64,000 bases of DNA from Octopus bimaculoides (GCF_001194135.2 NC_068985.1:28547353-28611352); one strand, 5' to 3'. Numbered from the stretch's first letter, positions 38,673 through 52,029 are shown. A program made the numbers and translations. Notes: generated by a model not told the origin, from the letters alone.

Positions 38673-39666
38673 ATTCTTTTATTCGTTTGTTTCAGTTTTT
38701 TCACTGCGGCCAAGCTAAAGCACCGCTTTGAAGGGGTTTTAGTTGGAAAAAAAATCGATCCCAGAACTTAATTCTTAAGCATAGTACTTATTTTATCGGA
38801 TCCTTTCTGTCGAACGGCTTATTTACGGGTACGTAATCACACAAACACTGGTTGTCAAGCTGTGGTTTGGAGGACAAACACAGACACAGAAACGCATACA
38901 CACACACATATATACACACACACAAATACATACATACATACATACATACATACATACATACACATATATATATATATATATATATAAACAATATATGAGT
39001 ATATGCATATATATATGTACACGTATGTACATACCTTCATCTACATGTACATATAGATGCATATGTGGGTACATGATGTTGCAAAAAAACATAGACAAAA
39101 GGATAAACAAGGTACAAAAAACATGCAGGCCATATAGAGAACATATCCTTCATCAGCTGCCACCATTAAAACACTGGCGTTTCGAAGAGTTAAGGCAGGA
39201 CGCATCGTTAAAATAGCTCTTCCCACGAACACAAATTAAATTTGTTCCATGGAGGATAGTGGCGGACGGAAAACAAGACAGAAAAACGAAACGGTGCAAT
39301 AAACAAACAAAAAGGCTGTACAGCCAGATGTGGAGAAGTATGTGTATATTGAACGCTGTGAAGCACGAACTGGAGAGGCGAAGATGTGCCTGCGAAGCTT
39401 AGGGAGTCCAAGACCGAAAAGAAATAGCGACTGGACACATGTGACCAGCGAGGGGAAGGGAGAAAGAGTCGCAGAGCGAGAAGGGGAAGAAGTAGAATAT
39501 ACACACACACACGATAGATCTCTTTCAGTTTCCGTCTCCTAAATCCACTCACACGGCTTTAGTCGACCTAAGGCTATAGTAGAAGACAGTTGCTCAATGT
39601 GCCACGTGGTGGGATAGAACTCGGAATCACGTTGTTACAAAGCAAGCTTCTTACCACACTGCCGTG
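38673..39666 (-). mobile_element. SINE family A split by a nested insertion in its microsatellite
   Basis: Body 38673-38890, head 39515-39666, unrelated repeat at about 39040-39500 between them. Confidence 0.75.
39040..39500 (-). repeat. Microsatellite-associated interspersed repeat, related to 23330-23460 (family unassigned, possibly Penelope-derived)
   Basis: Shared block gagaacat...ccttcatcagct.cc.cc.tt.aaacac.ggcgtt at 23410-23456 and 39136-39182. Confidence 0.55.
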
Positions 39667-39689
39667 CGTGTCTTTTGGCTTGCGTTTTT

Positions 39690-39876
39690 ACCCACACTGC
39701 TTAACAGCCAGTGTTGCTTTGTTTACATCCCTGCAATCTAGCAGCTTGGCAAGTGAGACTGATGAAATAGGTACCAGGGCTTTTAAAAGAACGTAAGTAC
39801 TGGAGTCGATTTTCTCGGCTTAACCTTTCAGGGTGGTGCCACAGCATGGCCACAGTACAATACCTGAAAAAGTAAA
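39690..39876 (+). mobile_element. SINE family A, old 3' half
   Basis: Degenerate body ...gtactggagtcgat...ggtggtgccacagcatggccacagt. Confidence 0.6.
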
Positions 39877-39883
39877 ACACACA

Positions 39884-40247
39884 CACTCCGTCGCTTACGA
39901 CGTCGAGAGTTCCAGTTGATCCGATCAACGGAACAGCCTGCTCGTGAAATTAACGTGCAAGTGGCTGAGCACTCCACAGACACGTGTACCCTCAACGTAG
40001 ATCTCGGGGATATTCAGCGTGACACAGTGTGACAAGGCTGAACCTTTGAATTACAGGTACAACAGAAACAGGAAGAAAGAGTGAGAGAAAGTTGTGGTGA
40101 AAGAGTACAGCAGGGTTCGTCACCATCCCCTGCCGGAGCCTCGTGGAGCTTTAGGTGTTTTCGCTCAATAAACACTCACAATGCCCGAAACCGTGATCCT
40201 ATGACCGCGAGTCCGCTGCCCTAACCACTGGGCCATTGCGCCTCCAC
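39884..40247 (-). mobile_element. tRNA-derived SINE family C, near full length
   Basis: Minus strand gtggaggcgcaatggcccagtggttagggcagcggactcgcgg tRNA-like head; distinct body ending ...gacgtcgtaagcgacggagtg. Confidence 0.8.
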
Positions 40248-40277
40248 CTAAACACACACACACACAAATCCTCCTAA

Positions 40278-40308
<31 letters not shown>

Positions 40309-40538
40309 CATTTGTATAGAAATGAGTTTGCAACTATACTGCTGAGTAAACATATGTCGATCTAGCAAAATGGATGTGTAAACATTTGCAACCGATAGTG
40401 AAAATGACTGAAATAAAATACTATTTTACCGAAGTGTATTTTGTATGTCAGTATTGACTATGATAGATTATATATATAATGGGATGGCTGAGCGTACGTA
40501 TGTGCTGGTGTGCGTGTGTGCATATGCGAACGCACAAA

Positions 40539-40579
<41 letters not shown>

Positions 40580-40669
40580 GGGAGAGTGCAAGAAGGAAGT
40601 AAGAGATGAATATGTAGAGAGAGAGAGAGAGAGAGAGAGACAGCGGGCGGGAGAGAGAGTATGAGAGAA

Positions 40670-40710
<41 letters not shown>

Positions 40711-40867
40711 CGGCGGGCGAGAAAGAGAGAGAGTGACTGAGAAATTTTCATCGATCCAAACGTATACCTTTATCACATAATGAAAATTAGCTGCGCGGAG
40801 GTGTGTAAACGAAATATATAGTTTAGCATCACACAAACACACATGCACGCACAAAGACACAGACACA

Positions 40868-40903
<36 letters not shown>

Positions 40904-41494
40904 GAGACACACACGCACAGACACACGTACACATACACACACAAACACATAGACGCACACACAGATGCATACACATATACTGATATACATGCGTATGCAT
41001 ATATATATATATACATATATANNNNNNNNNNNNNNNNNNNNNNNNNNNNNNNNNNNNNNNNNNNNNNNNNNNNNNNNNNNNNNNNNNNNNNNNNNNNNNN
41101 NNNNNNNNNNNNNNNNNNNNNNNNNNNNNNNNNNNNNNNNNNNNNNNNNNNNNNNNNNNNNNNNNNNNNNNNNNNNNNNNNNNNNNNNNNNNNNNNNNNN
41201 NNNNNNNNNNNNNNNNNNNNNNNNNNNNNNNNNNNNNNNNNNNNNNNNNNNNNNNNNNNNNNNNNNNNNNNNNNNNNNNNNNNNNNNNNNNNNNNNNNNN
41301 NNNNNNNNNNNNNNNNNNNNNNNNNNNNNNNNNNNNNNNNNNNNNNNNNNNNNNNNNNNNNNNNNNNNNNNNNNNNNNNNNNNNNNNNNNNNNNNNNNNN
41401 NNNNNNNNNNNNNNNNNNNNNNNNNNNACAGAGACAGACAGACAGAGACAGACAGACAGAGACAGACAGACAGAGACAGACAGACAGGCATTCG

Positions 41495-41548
<54 letters not shown>

Positions 41549-42271
41549 CGGGAGAGAGAGAGAGGAATGGAGAGAGAGAGAGAGAGAGAAAGACTGATTG
41601 ACTGGTAGAAACAGCGATAGAATGATAAACATACATACACACACATATACATATATATGCAGATATATCTGCGCGCCAGCGTGTGTCTGTGTCTCTATTT
41701 ACGTACATGTATGTGAAATGCGTTAAAGTTTGCGCCATGACTACGACAGGCGATTACTTGGTAACGTTGTTTAATTTAAATCTATATAAACATATAGGTA
41801 ACGGATTATTGACTCTAATATAATACAAGTCCTGCCTTCTCCGATCTCATCGTCGGCAATGTGTATAATCTGGGTTTGATATTTTGTGTATGTAAAAGTG
41901 TGATGCCATGAGAGTAAGAGCATGTGTACCTGAATGGCTATTGAAGATGTTGCATGGCGGAACCATGTTTATTAGTAAATATCTCCATTAGTTTGAAAGT
42001 AAATTGCAGGCTATTGTTCGTCACTCAAGGTCATTTCTTGGTCGGATTCAATGGTGATCTAACTACTTGAAAAGCGGTCTCTCATTCTCTCTCTCTAACT
42101 CCCTGTCTCTCTCTCTCTCTATCTTTCTCTCTCTATCTCTTTCTCTCTCCCTCAATTTCTCTCTCTCTCCATTTTTCTCTCTTCTCTTTCCACTTTCGCT
42201 TTTTATTTCTCTCTCTATTCTCCCTCTCTCGCTCTCTCTCTTTCTCTCTCTCTATTATATATATATATATG

Positions 42272-42306
<35 letters not shown>

Positions 42307-42614
42307 NNNNNNNNNNNNNNNNNNNNNNNNNNNNNNNNNNNNNNNNNNNNNNNNNNNNNNNNNNNNNNNNNNNNNNNNNNNNNNNNNNNNNNNNNNNNNN
42401 NNNNNNNNNNNNNNNNNNNNNNNNNNNNNNNNNNNNNNNNNNNNNNNNNNNNNNNNNNNNNNNNNNNNNNNNNNNNNNNNNNNNNNNNNNNNNNNNNNNN
42501 NNNNNNNNNNNNNNNNNNNNNNNNNNNNNNNNNNNNNNNNNNNNNNNNNNNNNNNNNNNNNNNNNNNNNNNNNNNNNNNNNNNNNNNNNNNNNNNNNNNN
42601 NNNNNNNNNNATAC

Positions 42615-42646
<32 letters not shown>

Positions 42647-42657
42647 GTATACATAAT

Positions 42658-42778
<121 letters not shown>

Positions 42779-43356
42779 GAGACAGAGAGAGAGAGACAGA
42801 GAGACAGAGACAGAGAGTGAGAGAGAGAAAGAAATACGTGCATACGTCCACATGTACATATGTGTATATATGTATACGTGTATATATGTGTATATGTATA
42901 TGTGTGAGTAGTGTGTGTCTTTAAGTGTGTATGTATCTGTCTACGTATGCGCTTATGTTCCTGCGCCTGAGTGTAAAGTAATCTTGAGGAAGATAGAGAA
43001 AATCTTGAGGGACTTTAATGATTTGATGCGATTCTGTTTAATGCTTATTCGCGTATGTTCAGCAAAATTCTGCTAACTTTCATTCTGTTTCCGTGATAAT
43101 CACATTAGATGAGACAAACCAATTGAGTAATACCCTGGAGCATTCCATTTTTCCTATTTCTATCTATTTCTCCCACAGTACATACATATACACATACATA
43201 CACAAAGACCCTCACACACACACACAGGAACACAAGAAAACGTTAATATAAAAGAGATGGGGGTGGAGAAGGAGGAGGATAGAGAAATATGGAAAGTGTG
43301 AGAAAATGAGATTGTAATATAAATGTGTGTCCCTATATATTTATACATACCTATAA

Positions 43357-43393
<37 letters not shown>

Positions 43394-43417
43394 TGTAACA
43401 CACTCTCTGTCTTTCGC

Positions 43418-43500
<83 letters not shown>

Positions 43501-43737
43501 TAATGTTCCTGTATTTACAACTTTCCATAAGTAATAAATGAACTTTGTCCATTCAAGTTACGCCGTTTTACTGAAATATTTCGAATATTTGTCGATGATG
43601 TTTTATAATTTTTTTTTTATCCATTCTTCTGGAGGCGGCTGGAATACGTTTATTTCAAATATTTGTCAGATGCGAGCTGGGAGAATCGTTAACGCGCTGG
43701 ACAAAGCGCTTAGTGCCATTCTTTCCGTTTTAAATTA

Positions 43738-43890
43738 TAAGTTCAAATGTCGCTGAAGTCGACTTTGCCTTTCATCTTTTCGTGGTTAACATAATATATT
43801 CTAACTGAGCACTGGAGGTCCATGTAATCGACTAACCATCCCCACAAAATTTCACACTATCGCATACAGTAGAAAGGAAATTATTACTTT
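43738..43890 (+). mobile_element. SINE family B, 5'-truncated and degenerate
   Basis: gttcaaat...gtcgactttgcctttcatc...cagtagaaagg. Confidence 0.65.
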
Positions 43891-44013
43891 TAGTATTGTC
43901 GTTATTATTATTACTAACTGGACCCTGAAAAATTCAAGGAAAATACTAAAAATTTAAGCATTTGTAAATTGTGTGCTGGTGCCATGAGAAATGTTTCTAT
44001 ATTGCGACAGTTA

Positions 44014-44235
44014 AAGGCGGCGAGCTTGCAGAATCGTTAGCACGCCGGGTGAAACGCTTAGCAGTATTTTGTTTGTCTTTACGTTCTGAGTTCAAATTCT
44101 GCCGCGGTCGACTTTGTTTTTATCCTTTCGGGGTCGATAAATTAAGTACCAATTGGGTACTGGGGTCGATTTAACCGATTTACACCCCCTCCCCTCCAAA
44201 AATATTCTAAGACTTGTACATATAGTAGAAAAGTA
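44014..44235 (+). mobile_element. tRNA-derived SINE family B, full length
   Basis: ggcggcgagcttgcagaatcgttagc...gagttcaaattc (B box)...ggggtcgataaattaagtacc...tagtagaaa tail. Confidence 0.85.
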
Positions 44236-44403
44236 TATTGCGACAGTTACAGAATACAAAAAGAAGTGAAAAACCGATAACTATGTAATCCAACCAAAAT
44301 ATCCCAGTTACGCAAACGTAAACAGAATTACTATTTAACCTTGAAATACATCGTACATATTCAAAGGACCTTCTTGGTTTAGTGGTATGGAACGTTCTTC
44401 TAG

Positions 44404-44606
44404 TATTCTTTCACTTGTTTCAGTTATTTGACGGTGGCCATACTGGAGCACCACCCTTTAGGTGAAGAAATCGACCCCCTGGACTTATTCCCTGTAAGCC
44501 TGGTGCCTACTCTATCAGTCTCTTCTGCTGAACAGCTAAGTTACAGGGACGCGTACACAACATCGGTTGTCAAGCAATGGTGGTGGTGGGAACAAACTCA
44601 GACACA
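44404..44606 (-). mobile_element. SINE family A, 3' half
   Basis: Reverse complement of the body: ggccatactggagcacc...ggttgtcaagcaatgg. Confidence 0.75.
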
Positions 44607-45789
44607 TTCATATATGTGTGTCTGTCTTTTAGTTTTTGTTTACTTATATACATCAACAAATGAGCCTGAGTGGAAAACGTTAGACAATACGCACACATTC
44701 GTTCATATATACACACGTACAATCATACATGCACACGCACATACATATTAACACATACATGCACACATAAATATATGATGACGTGAGAAATATAAGAAAA
44801 ATGGTTTCAGTATCATCCATATTTATGTCAATGCAAAAGCCGCAGTCTGAGTGTATCTGCGGTATTTTCTACAAGCCCTATCGTTGAAGAAATTTCAATG
44901 ACCATTGTCGAACAATATGTTTATGTTCATCTTTTCATTGACTTTTCTGTGCAACGCAGCAAAGTTTTATTAGAAAGTTTTTTTTTTTTATTTTCTATCT
45001 CACTTTCTCTCTTTTTTTGTCTCAGGAATAATCAAAAACTATATCTTATATTCAGCATCAAATTTTATTAATTTAATATAGCATTTATCTTTTTTTTATG
45101 ATTAAAGAGTGTCTACTTCAAAAATTCTGTTATATCTTGAGTTGATGAGATCCGGATTTAAATGTAAATATCTGAAGGCGTTCATGAAAAAATATTTCAA
45201 ATTTCGTGAATTTTTTCCGTTTTTTTTTTTTTAATTAACAAGTATTTTAAAAACTTTAGAGATAGGTATAGGATTAAAACATAATCTGGTCTTCTAAATA
45301 CCCTCATATTAACAAAAGTACGGTCAATTATACACTTGGGGAAACTTGGCCAGGAATATAACTTGAGCTAAGATAATCTAGATATAAAATTTAGCTGTCT
45401 TTCAAATGGATCAGTAACTTCATCAATTCTTTTACAAGTATCCCTTAGATGTTTTAAATTGTTATATTATTCTTATCTAAGAAGGAAAAAAAATAGAAAT
45501 TCATGGAACTTGACATATTTTCCCTTCAAATGTGTAAAATTGAAGAAACGATAACATTGAAACTAAGACTTTTCTGTTAAAAACTTTTCTTATATTAGTA
45601 TTAGTACCTTGTTTACCAATGGGCTAAGGAAGAATAGAATTTCTAATCTCATTAAGTTTTCTAAGATACCGGTCTCCTTACCTGAATGAAATGATAACTC
45701 ATGTAGCAGTTTGTAAGAGTATTTTCCAATTGGTACAAACGGATGGGAATAATACGATTCATAAAATCTTCATCATTAGGGATAATGTA

Positions 45790-46374
45790 ATCTCACCAGA
45801 TAGAGAGAAGAACCTTTTTCCCATGAACTTCCCTTCTCGGTTGTGGTTGAGCTTTTTCCCTTTTACCAAGCCTCTGTTTACGGCGTTTAACATTTCGTTA
45901 GATCCATTTTTCGTCACCAGTCACAAGTCTATCGAAAAAGGGTGAAATGAATTCGCGAGAATGGAAAGAAGAGCAGAAGTCAACTCGGGATTTGCGGTTG
46001 CTTTCGGACAATTCACGAGGCACCCATTTTCCAAGTTTAGGAACTTTTCCCAGTTGTTGAAGATGATGATGAACAGTTGTATGGTTTGAACTAAGCTTTA
46101 TTGCCAATTCTTCAACTGATAATGCAGGATTTTCTTCAAGTAATGCCTCAAGGAGCTTATCATCAAACTCAACTGGACGTCCTGTTTGATCTTCATCTTC
46201 AAGGCTGAAATCTCCACTTTTAAATTTTGAAAACCATCTTCTGCAAGTTCTTTCATTCAAACATCCATTCCCATAAACTAAGTGTATGTTTCGAGTCGCT
46301 TTGGCTGCAGAGTTTCCTTTTTTTTTGTACTCATAAAGCATTATGTGCCTCAAATGCTTTTTGGATACTTCCAT
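45790..46374 (-). pseudogene. Mariner (Tc1/mariner) transposase pseudogene, N-terminal HTH region to start of catalytic domain
   Basis: MEVSKKHLRHIMLYEY...RRWFSKFKSGDFSLED..GRP...WVPREL...TGDEKWI*, continuing in frame to HGKKVLLSIW*D. Two stops, C-terminal part missing. Confidence 0.92.
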
Positions 46375-46559
46375 GTTAGAAAGGGTATTAATCAAAGATA
46401 TTTTTAATTCTATTATTCTGTAAAATAGTATTTAATTAGTTTAAATGTACACAAATGCATAAAAATAATTTTTAATTCCATTAGACATTCTAAAATACTA
46501 TTAAATTTCATTCAATTTTAAAAAAGGCAAAATCGGATAGAACTTATGGGATGATCTGA
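45790..46559 (-). mobile_element. 3'-truncated mariner element retaining its 5' TIR
   Basis: Minus strand TA|tcagatcatcccataagttctatccg at 46561-46535, upstream of the transposase ATG. No matching second TIR found. Confidence 0.8.
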
Positions 46560-47627
46560 TATACATATATACAGATATATCAGGTATTATGTACTGCTAT
46601 CTCTAAAAGAAGGAACCACTTGAAAGGTTGTGGAGATGAATAGTTCATCTCACAGTGACTCGTGTTGTCATTCTCTAGAAATATTTCGGGTTTCATACAT
46701 ATTCATTTTAAAGCAAACTAGAATAAGGTGTTTTTATATGCGTTTACTGTATGACAATTTTCGATTTGCAAAGCATTTTATTATCGCATTCTAAGAAGAA
46801 TCAGCCCTAACTTAAAAAAAGGAAAAATAAATAAATAATAAAAATTTCTCTTGAACGTGTTAGAACGTTATAGCTTCTCAGTCGTTCTCACTTGGAAATA
46901 GTTAATGCTTTTCAGAAAACGAATAAAGTTGGCAGGAAATAACGATGTAAGATGAGATTACATTAAAACAAAAAGATACAGATAACTCAATTTCTTTCGC
47001 TTTAATCCCCAAATGATTGACCACGAAAGAGATGAATTTTTCAAAAGACTTCACACAGCCAAATGCTGATATGAAGGTACAAAATGAAATGAGATTCCTG
47101 GAACAATCGTATTTAAGACATCGTTGGTAATCAACATGTTATCATTTGCCAAGGCGTAAAAAGAAACCTGGCATGGAAATATAGTCACACGGATAGTCAA
47201 GTAGTCGTCGTTTCGAAGAATTCTACTTAATTTGGTGTATGCTAAAGGTTGAATTGAAGAAAGATCTCAAAAATTCTTTGGATAAGACGAATGCTAATTA
47301 GTTTTCTACTACAATGATACTGAATAATACCAAACTGTGGTCTTGAATCTGGTGTAATTAAGACAGAATGTCGTTTCCAATAATGAGTTTAGTATCAAAA
47401 CATAACTGGGGAATAAAGTTAGAATGTGTGTCAAGAATTTAGTAGATGTACGCGAAAAAACTATGTGTACACGCTATAGATGTGAGTGAGTGTGCCTTAG
47501 CCTCGTCATCGCCTGTGGCAATGCTACGAGCGTGCTCGCTTGCTTCAGTAGGTACCATAGAACCTTGTGGTGTACGATCACTTGAAGCACTTGGTGCTGT
47601 ATTGTTGTGTTTTTTTCTCTTTCCCAG

Positions 47628-47686
47628 AAATGGTTTCAGTACAGTTTTAGCCGAAAGATTTGGAAGGATTAAAAAACAGTTCTCCG
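47628..47686 (+). CDS. Candidate 59-nt exon, product unknown
   Basis: Strong acceptor ttttttctctttcccag, donor CCG|gtaatt; only phase 2 is open: NGFSTVLAERFGRIKKQFS. Confidence 0.25.
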
Positions 47687-47880
47687 GTAATTTTCTTTCA
47701 TATAAAGAAATGTTTATACTTATTTAAGAATTTGCCAGCAAAATCTTGTAAAATGGCAATGTTCTAAAAGATGTACATTTAGATGTATTTAAAGTTGTGA
47801 AATTTTGGGAGTATTGTGTATGTAGATGCACAAACAATCATAGACGTATATAATATCATTCTTACATGGAAAAGATTGAA

Positions 47881-47969
47881 AGTGATTTCGAAGTTTCGGC
47901 TTATTTGCCGCTATCAGATTGTCTGACGATGGCAGGCCGACCGAAGCGTGAAACTTCCAAGTGACAGTT
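47881..47969. repeat. Head-to-head pair of degenerate HHR remnants
   Basis: tcag-attgt-ctga centre. Plus arm CTGACGA...GAAActtccaagtg-acagt; minus arm CTGATAGcggc(aaataa)gcc-GAAActtcgaaatc. Confidence 0.45.
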
Positions 47970-48067
47970 GACCGTAAAACTTTAAAAAGTAAGAAAAGTT
48001 TTGCGTAATCCTTCAGTTTAATGTTATCTTTAAATGTTTTTTATATATAACTTGAGATAAAATCAAG

Positions 48068-48164
<97 letters not shown>

Positions 48165-48490
48165 ACACAAACACACACACACATATATATATGTGGATGG
48201 CTGGACTTTGAGTCTCTACGTTCTGGTTATCTCTGTTTGCAGATTTTTATATTTCAGGTTATAACTGAATATAAACATATGATCTGTTCTTCTTTTGGAA
48301 GTGATACGTCTAGAAGAAGCTGCTTCTCTCCCAGAACGTCTTTGATCATGTCTAACTGAAGTGTTTTCATCTTTCTGTGTGAATAATAGTAATTTTAATC
48401 TTCCTGTATTAATGATCAGTCTCAGAGATATTTTGTTTTGCTTATCTCAGCCAGCCTTTTATGTTTTCAGTAAGTGCTGTTGTTGTTGTA

Positions 48491-48503
48491 ATCATCATCA
48501 TCA

Positions 48504-48536
<33 letters not shown>

Positions 48537-48572
48537 TCCTCCTCCTCCTCCTCCTCCTCCTCCTCCTCCTCC

Positions 48573-48622
<50 letters not shown>

Positions 48623-48665
48623 TTCATCATCATCATCATCAAGATCCTCGTCATCAGCATCGTCA
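48491..48665. repeat. Compound trinucleotide microsatellite (TCA)n(TCG)n(TCC)n(TCA)n
   Basis: Read directly from the sequence. Confidence 0.95.
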
Positions 48666-48699
48666 TATCGTCATTATTATAATAATTACTATTTCGCCC

Positions 48700-48870
48700 G
48701 TCGCTACGTTCTGAGTTCAAATTCTGTCGCGGTCGACTTTGCCTTTCATCCCTCGGGGTCCATGAAATAAGCACCAGTTGAACGCTGGGATCGATGTAGT
48801 CGACACATTTCTACCTCTCCCAAGCTGCCCTTGTGGCAAAAATTTGAAGCAATTATTATGATAATAATTC
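48700..48870 (+). mobile_element. SINE family B, 5'-truncated, tail runs into (ATT)n
   Basis: tacgttctgagttcaaattc...gtcgactttgcctttcatcc...aatttgaagcaattattat. Confidence 0.75.
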
Positions 48871-48889
48871 TTAGTCTTGTTGTTGTTGC

Positions 48890-48944
<55 letters not shown>

Positions 48945-48975
48945 GCTATTACTATTATTATTATTATTATTATTG

Positions 48976-49021
<46 letters not shown>

Positions 49022-49024
<3 letters not shown>

Positions 49025-50000
49025 ACATTTGGTAGTTTCTACTGTACCAGCTGCTACACCTCCGGACTGCTGGGCTGTGTGTAGCATTGCGTAATCTTTT
49101 TTGTTGTTATGGGAGTGCAAACACTTCCCGGTATTGTATTGCGTCCGTTTGTTTTGTTATGGCGTCTGGTTACAATCTTTTGCTGTATTAGTGTTTGTAT
49201 TTTGTGTTGTGTGTATAATACAAGTAGTGTTGTTCTTCTGTTGGGTATCAAGCCTGTTGGTAGTTGTTTATTTTATTGGATATTTGCTTTATAGAGTGAG
49301 TCTTATATTTGCGGATTGCTTTCTTTTAAGTTATTTTATAGCTCGTTTGTCATGGTGTCTGTTATTTTGATTATTGTTGTGTTGTGTTTCAGTATTTGCT
49401 TGTCTATGTGTATTGTTGATTTCCTGTGCTATACTATTCATTTCTGGCGTATGTAGCTGTTTAAAGATTTTACTCAAGCTTAGCCTTGTATTTGCTGTAT
49501 GCATTGTTACGTCTGTTGTGTTCCTTTCTTTTGTGAGATTTTATTTCTTTTCGAAGATATAATCCCTGATAGGTTATATTTGCTTGGTTGCAACTCATTG
49601 TCTTGAGTTTTGAGATGTTTTGTTTTATCTTTTATTAATTTGTCGGATATTTGAAAGAGTGTTTTCCGAATGTTTTTTCTTAATTTCAACATTTCTTCTT
49701 TTCCATATTTCATATGTTACCTTGATCGTCTCGATGTGTTTTAGCTATAATTTTGCAGTGTAGACTGTATATAGTACTCCAATGTAGTCGTCATCTATCC
49801 ACCGTTCTCTTTTGATTTTATTGTTTGCTTGAGCAATGACCTCAAGTGAGGAGTCTGTCAGTTCAGCGTTAACTTTTTAGCAGAACACCGTCTCTGGGCG
49901 TATTTGAAGCTTCCTTCGTATCGCGAGCGCTCGAGACTCACAGATCGAAGTTCACCTCTATTTGTTTTGATAGTTTTATTACCGAACACATTTGCTTTTT
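49022..50000 (-). mobile_element. Decayed N-terminal region of an R4/Dong-like LINE next to an (AAT)n tract
   Basis: Minus strand KRERWIDDDYIGVLYTVYTAKL*...TYEIWKRRN...NTLSNIRQI; strongly strand-biased composition, many stops, ends at (AAT)n. Confidence 0.5.
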
Positions 50001-50450
50001 TCTCTAATATTAAAATGAGACCTGTTACAGTTTATATTTATTATCATTTCTCTCTTTTATGTTGTTTGAACACTGGGTGTTCTATGTTGTCGTGTTCATG
50101 TGTGAAAGGTTGTACGTGTACGTATGTGAACTGTATAAACATTACATTTATGTGCATATGTATGGAAAAGAGAATCCATATAAGATTAATATTTGTACTC
50201 ACAGATTTTTTATAGGGAGATCGCATTTTCGCGTGTTGTTTAACTTGCTATATAAGTATATCGCATCCCCACGTGTTGTTTACACTCTCGCACACGTGCT
50301 TTGCTGAGACAACGTGCCTGGCAGCGAATATATTTCATATAAGAGAGAAAAATTTCGGTGTCCTGAAATTATTTACATTAAGGAACAATTTTTCTTCATT
50401 TCTTTGCAGTTTCTTAAATTCTGTGTTGCGATAACCACAGATTTAATCCT

Positions 50451-50452
50451 AC

Positions 50453-50540
<88 letters not shown>

Positions 50541-50548
50541 GCTATTAC

Positions 50549-50626
<78 letters not shown>
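50451..50626. repeat. (ATT)n microsatellite running into an N gap
   Basis: Read directly from the sequence. Confidence 0.95.
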
Positions 50627-51529
50627 NNNNNNNNNNNNNNNNNNNNNNNNNNNNNNNNNNNNNNNNNNNNNNNNNNNNNNNNNNNNNNNNNNNNNNNNNN
50701 NNNNNNNNNNNNNNNNNNNNNNNNNNNNNNNNNNNNNNNNNNNNNNNNNNNNNNNNNNNNNNNNNNNNNNNNNNNNNNNNNNNNNNNNNNNNNNNNNNNN
50801 NNNNNNNNNNNNNNNNNNNNNNNNNNNNNNNNNNNNNNNNNNNNNNNNNNNNNNNNNNNNNNNNNNNNNNNNNNNNNNNNNNNNNNNNNNNNNNNNNNNN
50901 NNNNNNNNNNNNNNNNNNNNNNNNNNNNNNNNNNNNNNNNNNNNNNNNNNNNNNNNNNNNNNNNNNNNNNNNNNNNNNNNNNNNNNNNNNNNNNNNNNNN
51001 NNNNNNNNNNNNNNNNNNNNNNNNNNNNNNNNNNNNNNNNNNNNNNNNNNNNNNNNNNNNNNNNNNNNNNNNNNNNNNNNNNNNNNNNNNNNNNNNNNNN
51101 NNNNNNNNNNNNNNNNNNNNNNNNNNNNNNNNNNNNNNNNNNNNNNNNNNNNNNNNNNNNNNNNNNNNNNNNNNNNNNNNNNNNNNNNNNNNNNNNNNNN
51201 NNNNNNNNNNNNNNNNNNNNNNNNNNNNNNNNNNNNNNNNNNNNNNNNNNNNNNNNNNNNNNNNNNNNNNNNNNNNNNNNNNNNNNNNNNNNNNNNNNNN
51301 NNNNNNNNNNNNNNNNNNNNNNNNNNNNNNNNNNNNNNNNNNNNNNNNNNNNNNNNNNNNNNNNNNNNNNNNNNNNNNNNNNNNNNNNNNNNNNNNNNNN
51401 NNNNNNNNNNNNNNNNNNNNNNNNNNNNNNNNNNNNNNNNNNNNNNNNNNNNNNNNNNNNNNNNNNNNNNNNNNNNNNNNNNNNNNNNNNNNNNNNNNNN
51501 NNTATATATATATATATATATATATATAT

Positions 51530-51665
51530 GGGCGCAGGAGTGGCTGTGTGGTAAGTAACTTGGTTACCAATCACATGGTTCCTGGTTCAGTCCCACACGT
51601 GGCACCTTCGGCCGACCAAATCCTCGTGAGTGGATTTGGTAGACAGAAACCGAAAGAAGCCTGTC

Positions 51666-51702
<37 letters not shown>

Positions 51703-51847
51703 TGTGTTTGTCGCTTGACAACCGATGTTGGTGTGCTTACGTCCCCGTAACCTAGCGGTTCGGCATAGAAGACCGATAAAATAATTACTGGGCCTACAAA
51801 GAATAAGTCCTGCGGTAGCAGTCAAATGACTGAAACAAATAAAAGAA
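51530..51847 (+). mobile_element. SINE family A with internal deletions
   Basis: ggcgcaggagtggctgtgtggtaag head, (AT)n, body and tail. Confidence 0.85.
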
Positions 51848-52029
51848 TATATACATATACATATATAAACATATGGATACCAGTCAGCAACTGGGCAGGT
51901 TCACATCCGATTCGCAGATGTATGTGTGCGTGTGTGCGTGTGTTTTTCTGTGTATGAATTTTCTTTTTATGTAAACAATGGAGAGGTTGATAATGACATT
52001 GAAGTTTCTCCTTAATTACCTTCATTAGA

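Noticed and set aside
39140-39190. Minus-strand GAAA...CTGATGA as a type II hammerhead (also 23420-23456)
   Set aside because: There is no UH after the putative stem III and no stem I; the second copy lacks GAAA.
48442-48714. Poly-His/Arg/Pro ORF resembling a low-complexity transcription factor tract
   Set aside because: It is a compound trinucleotide microsatellite with no flanking coding signal.
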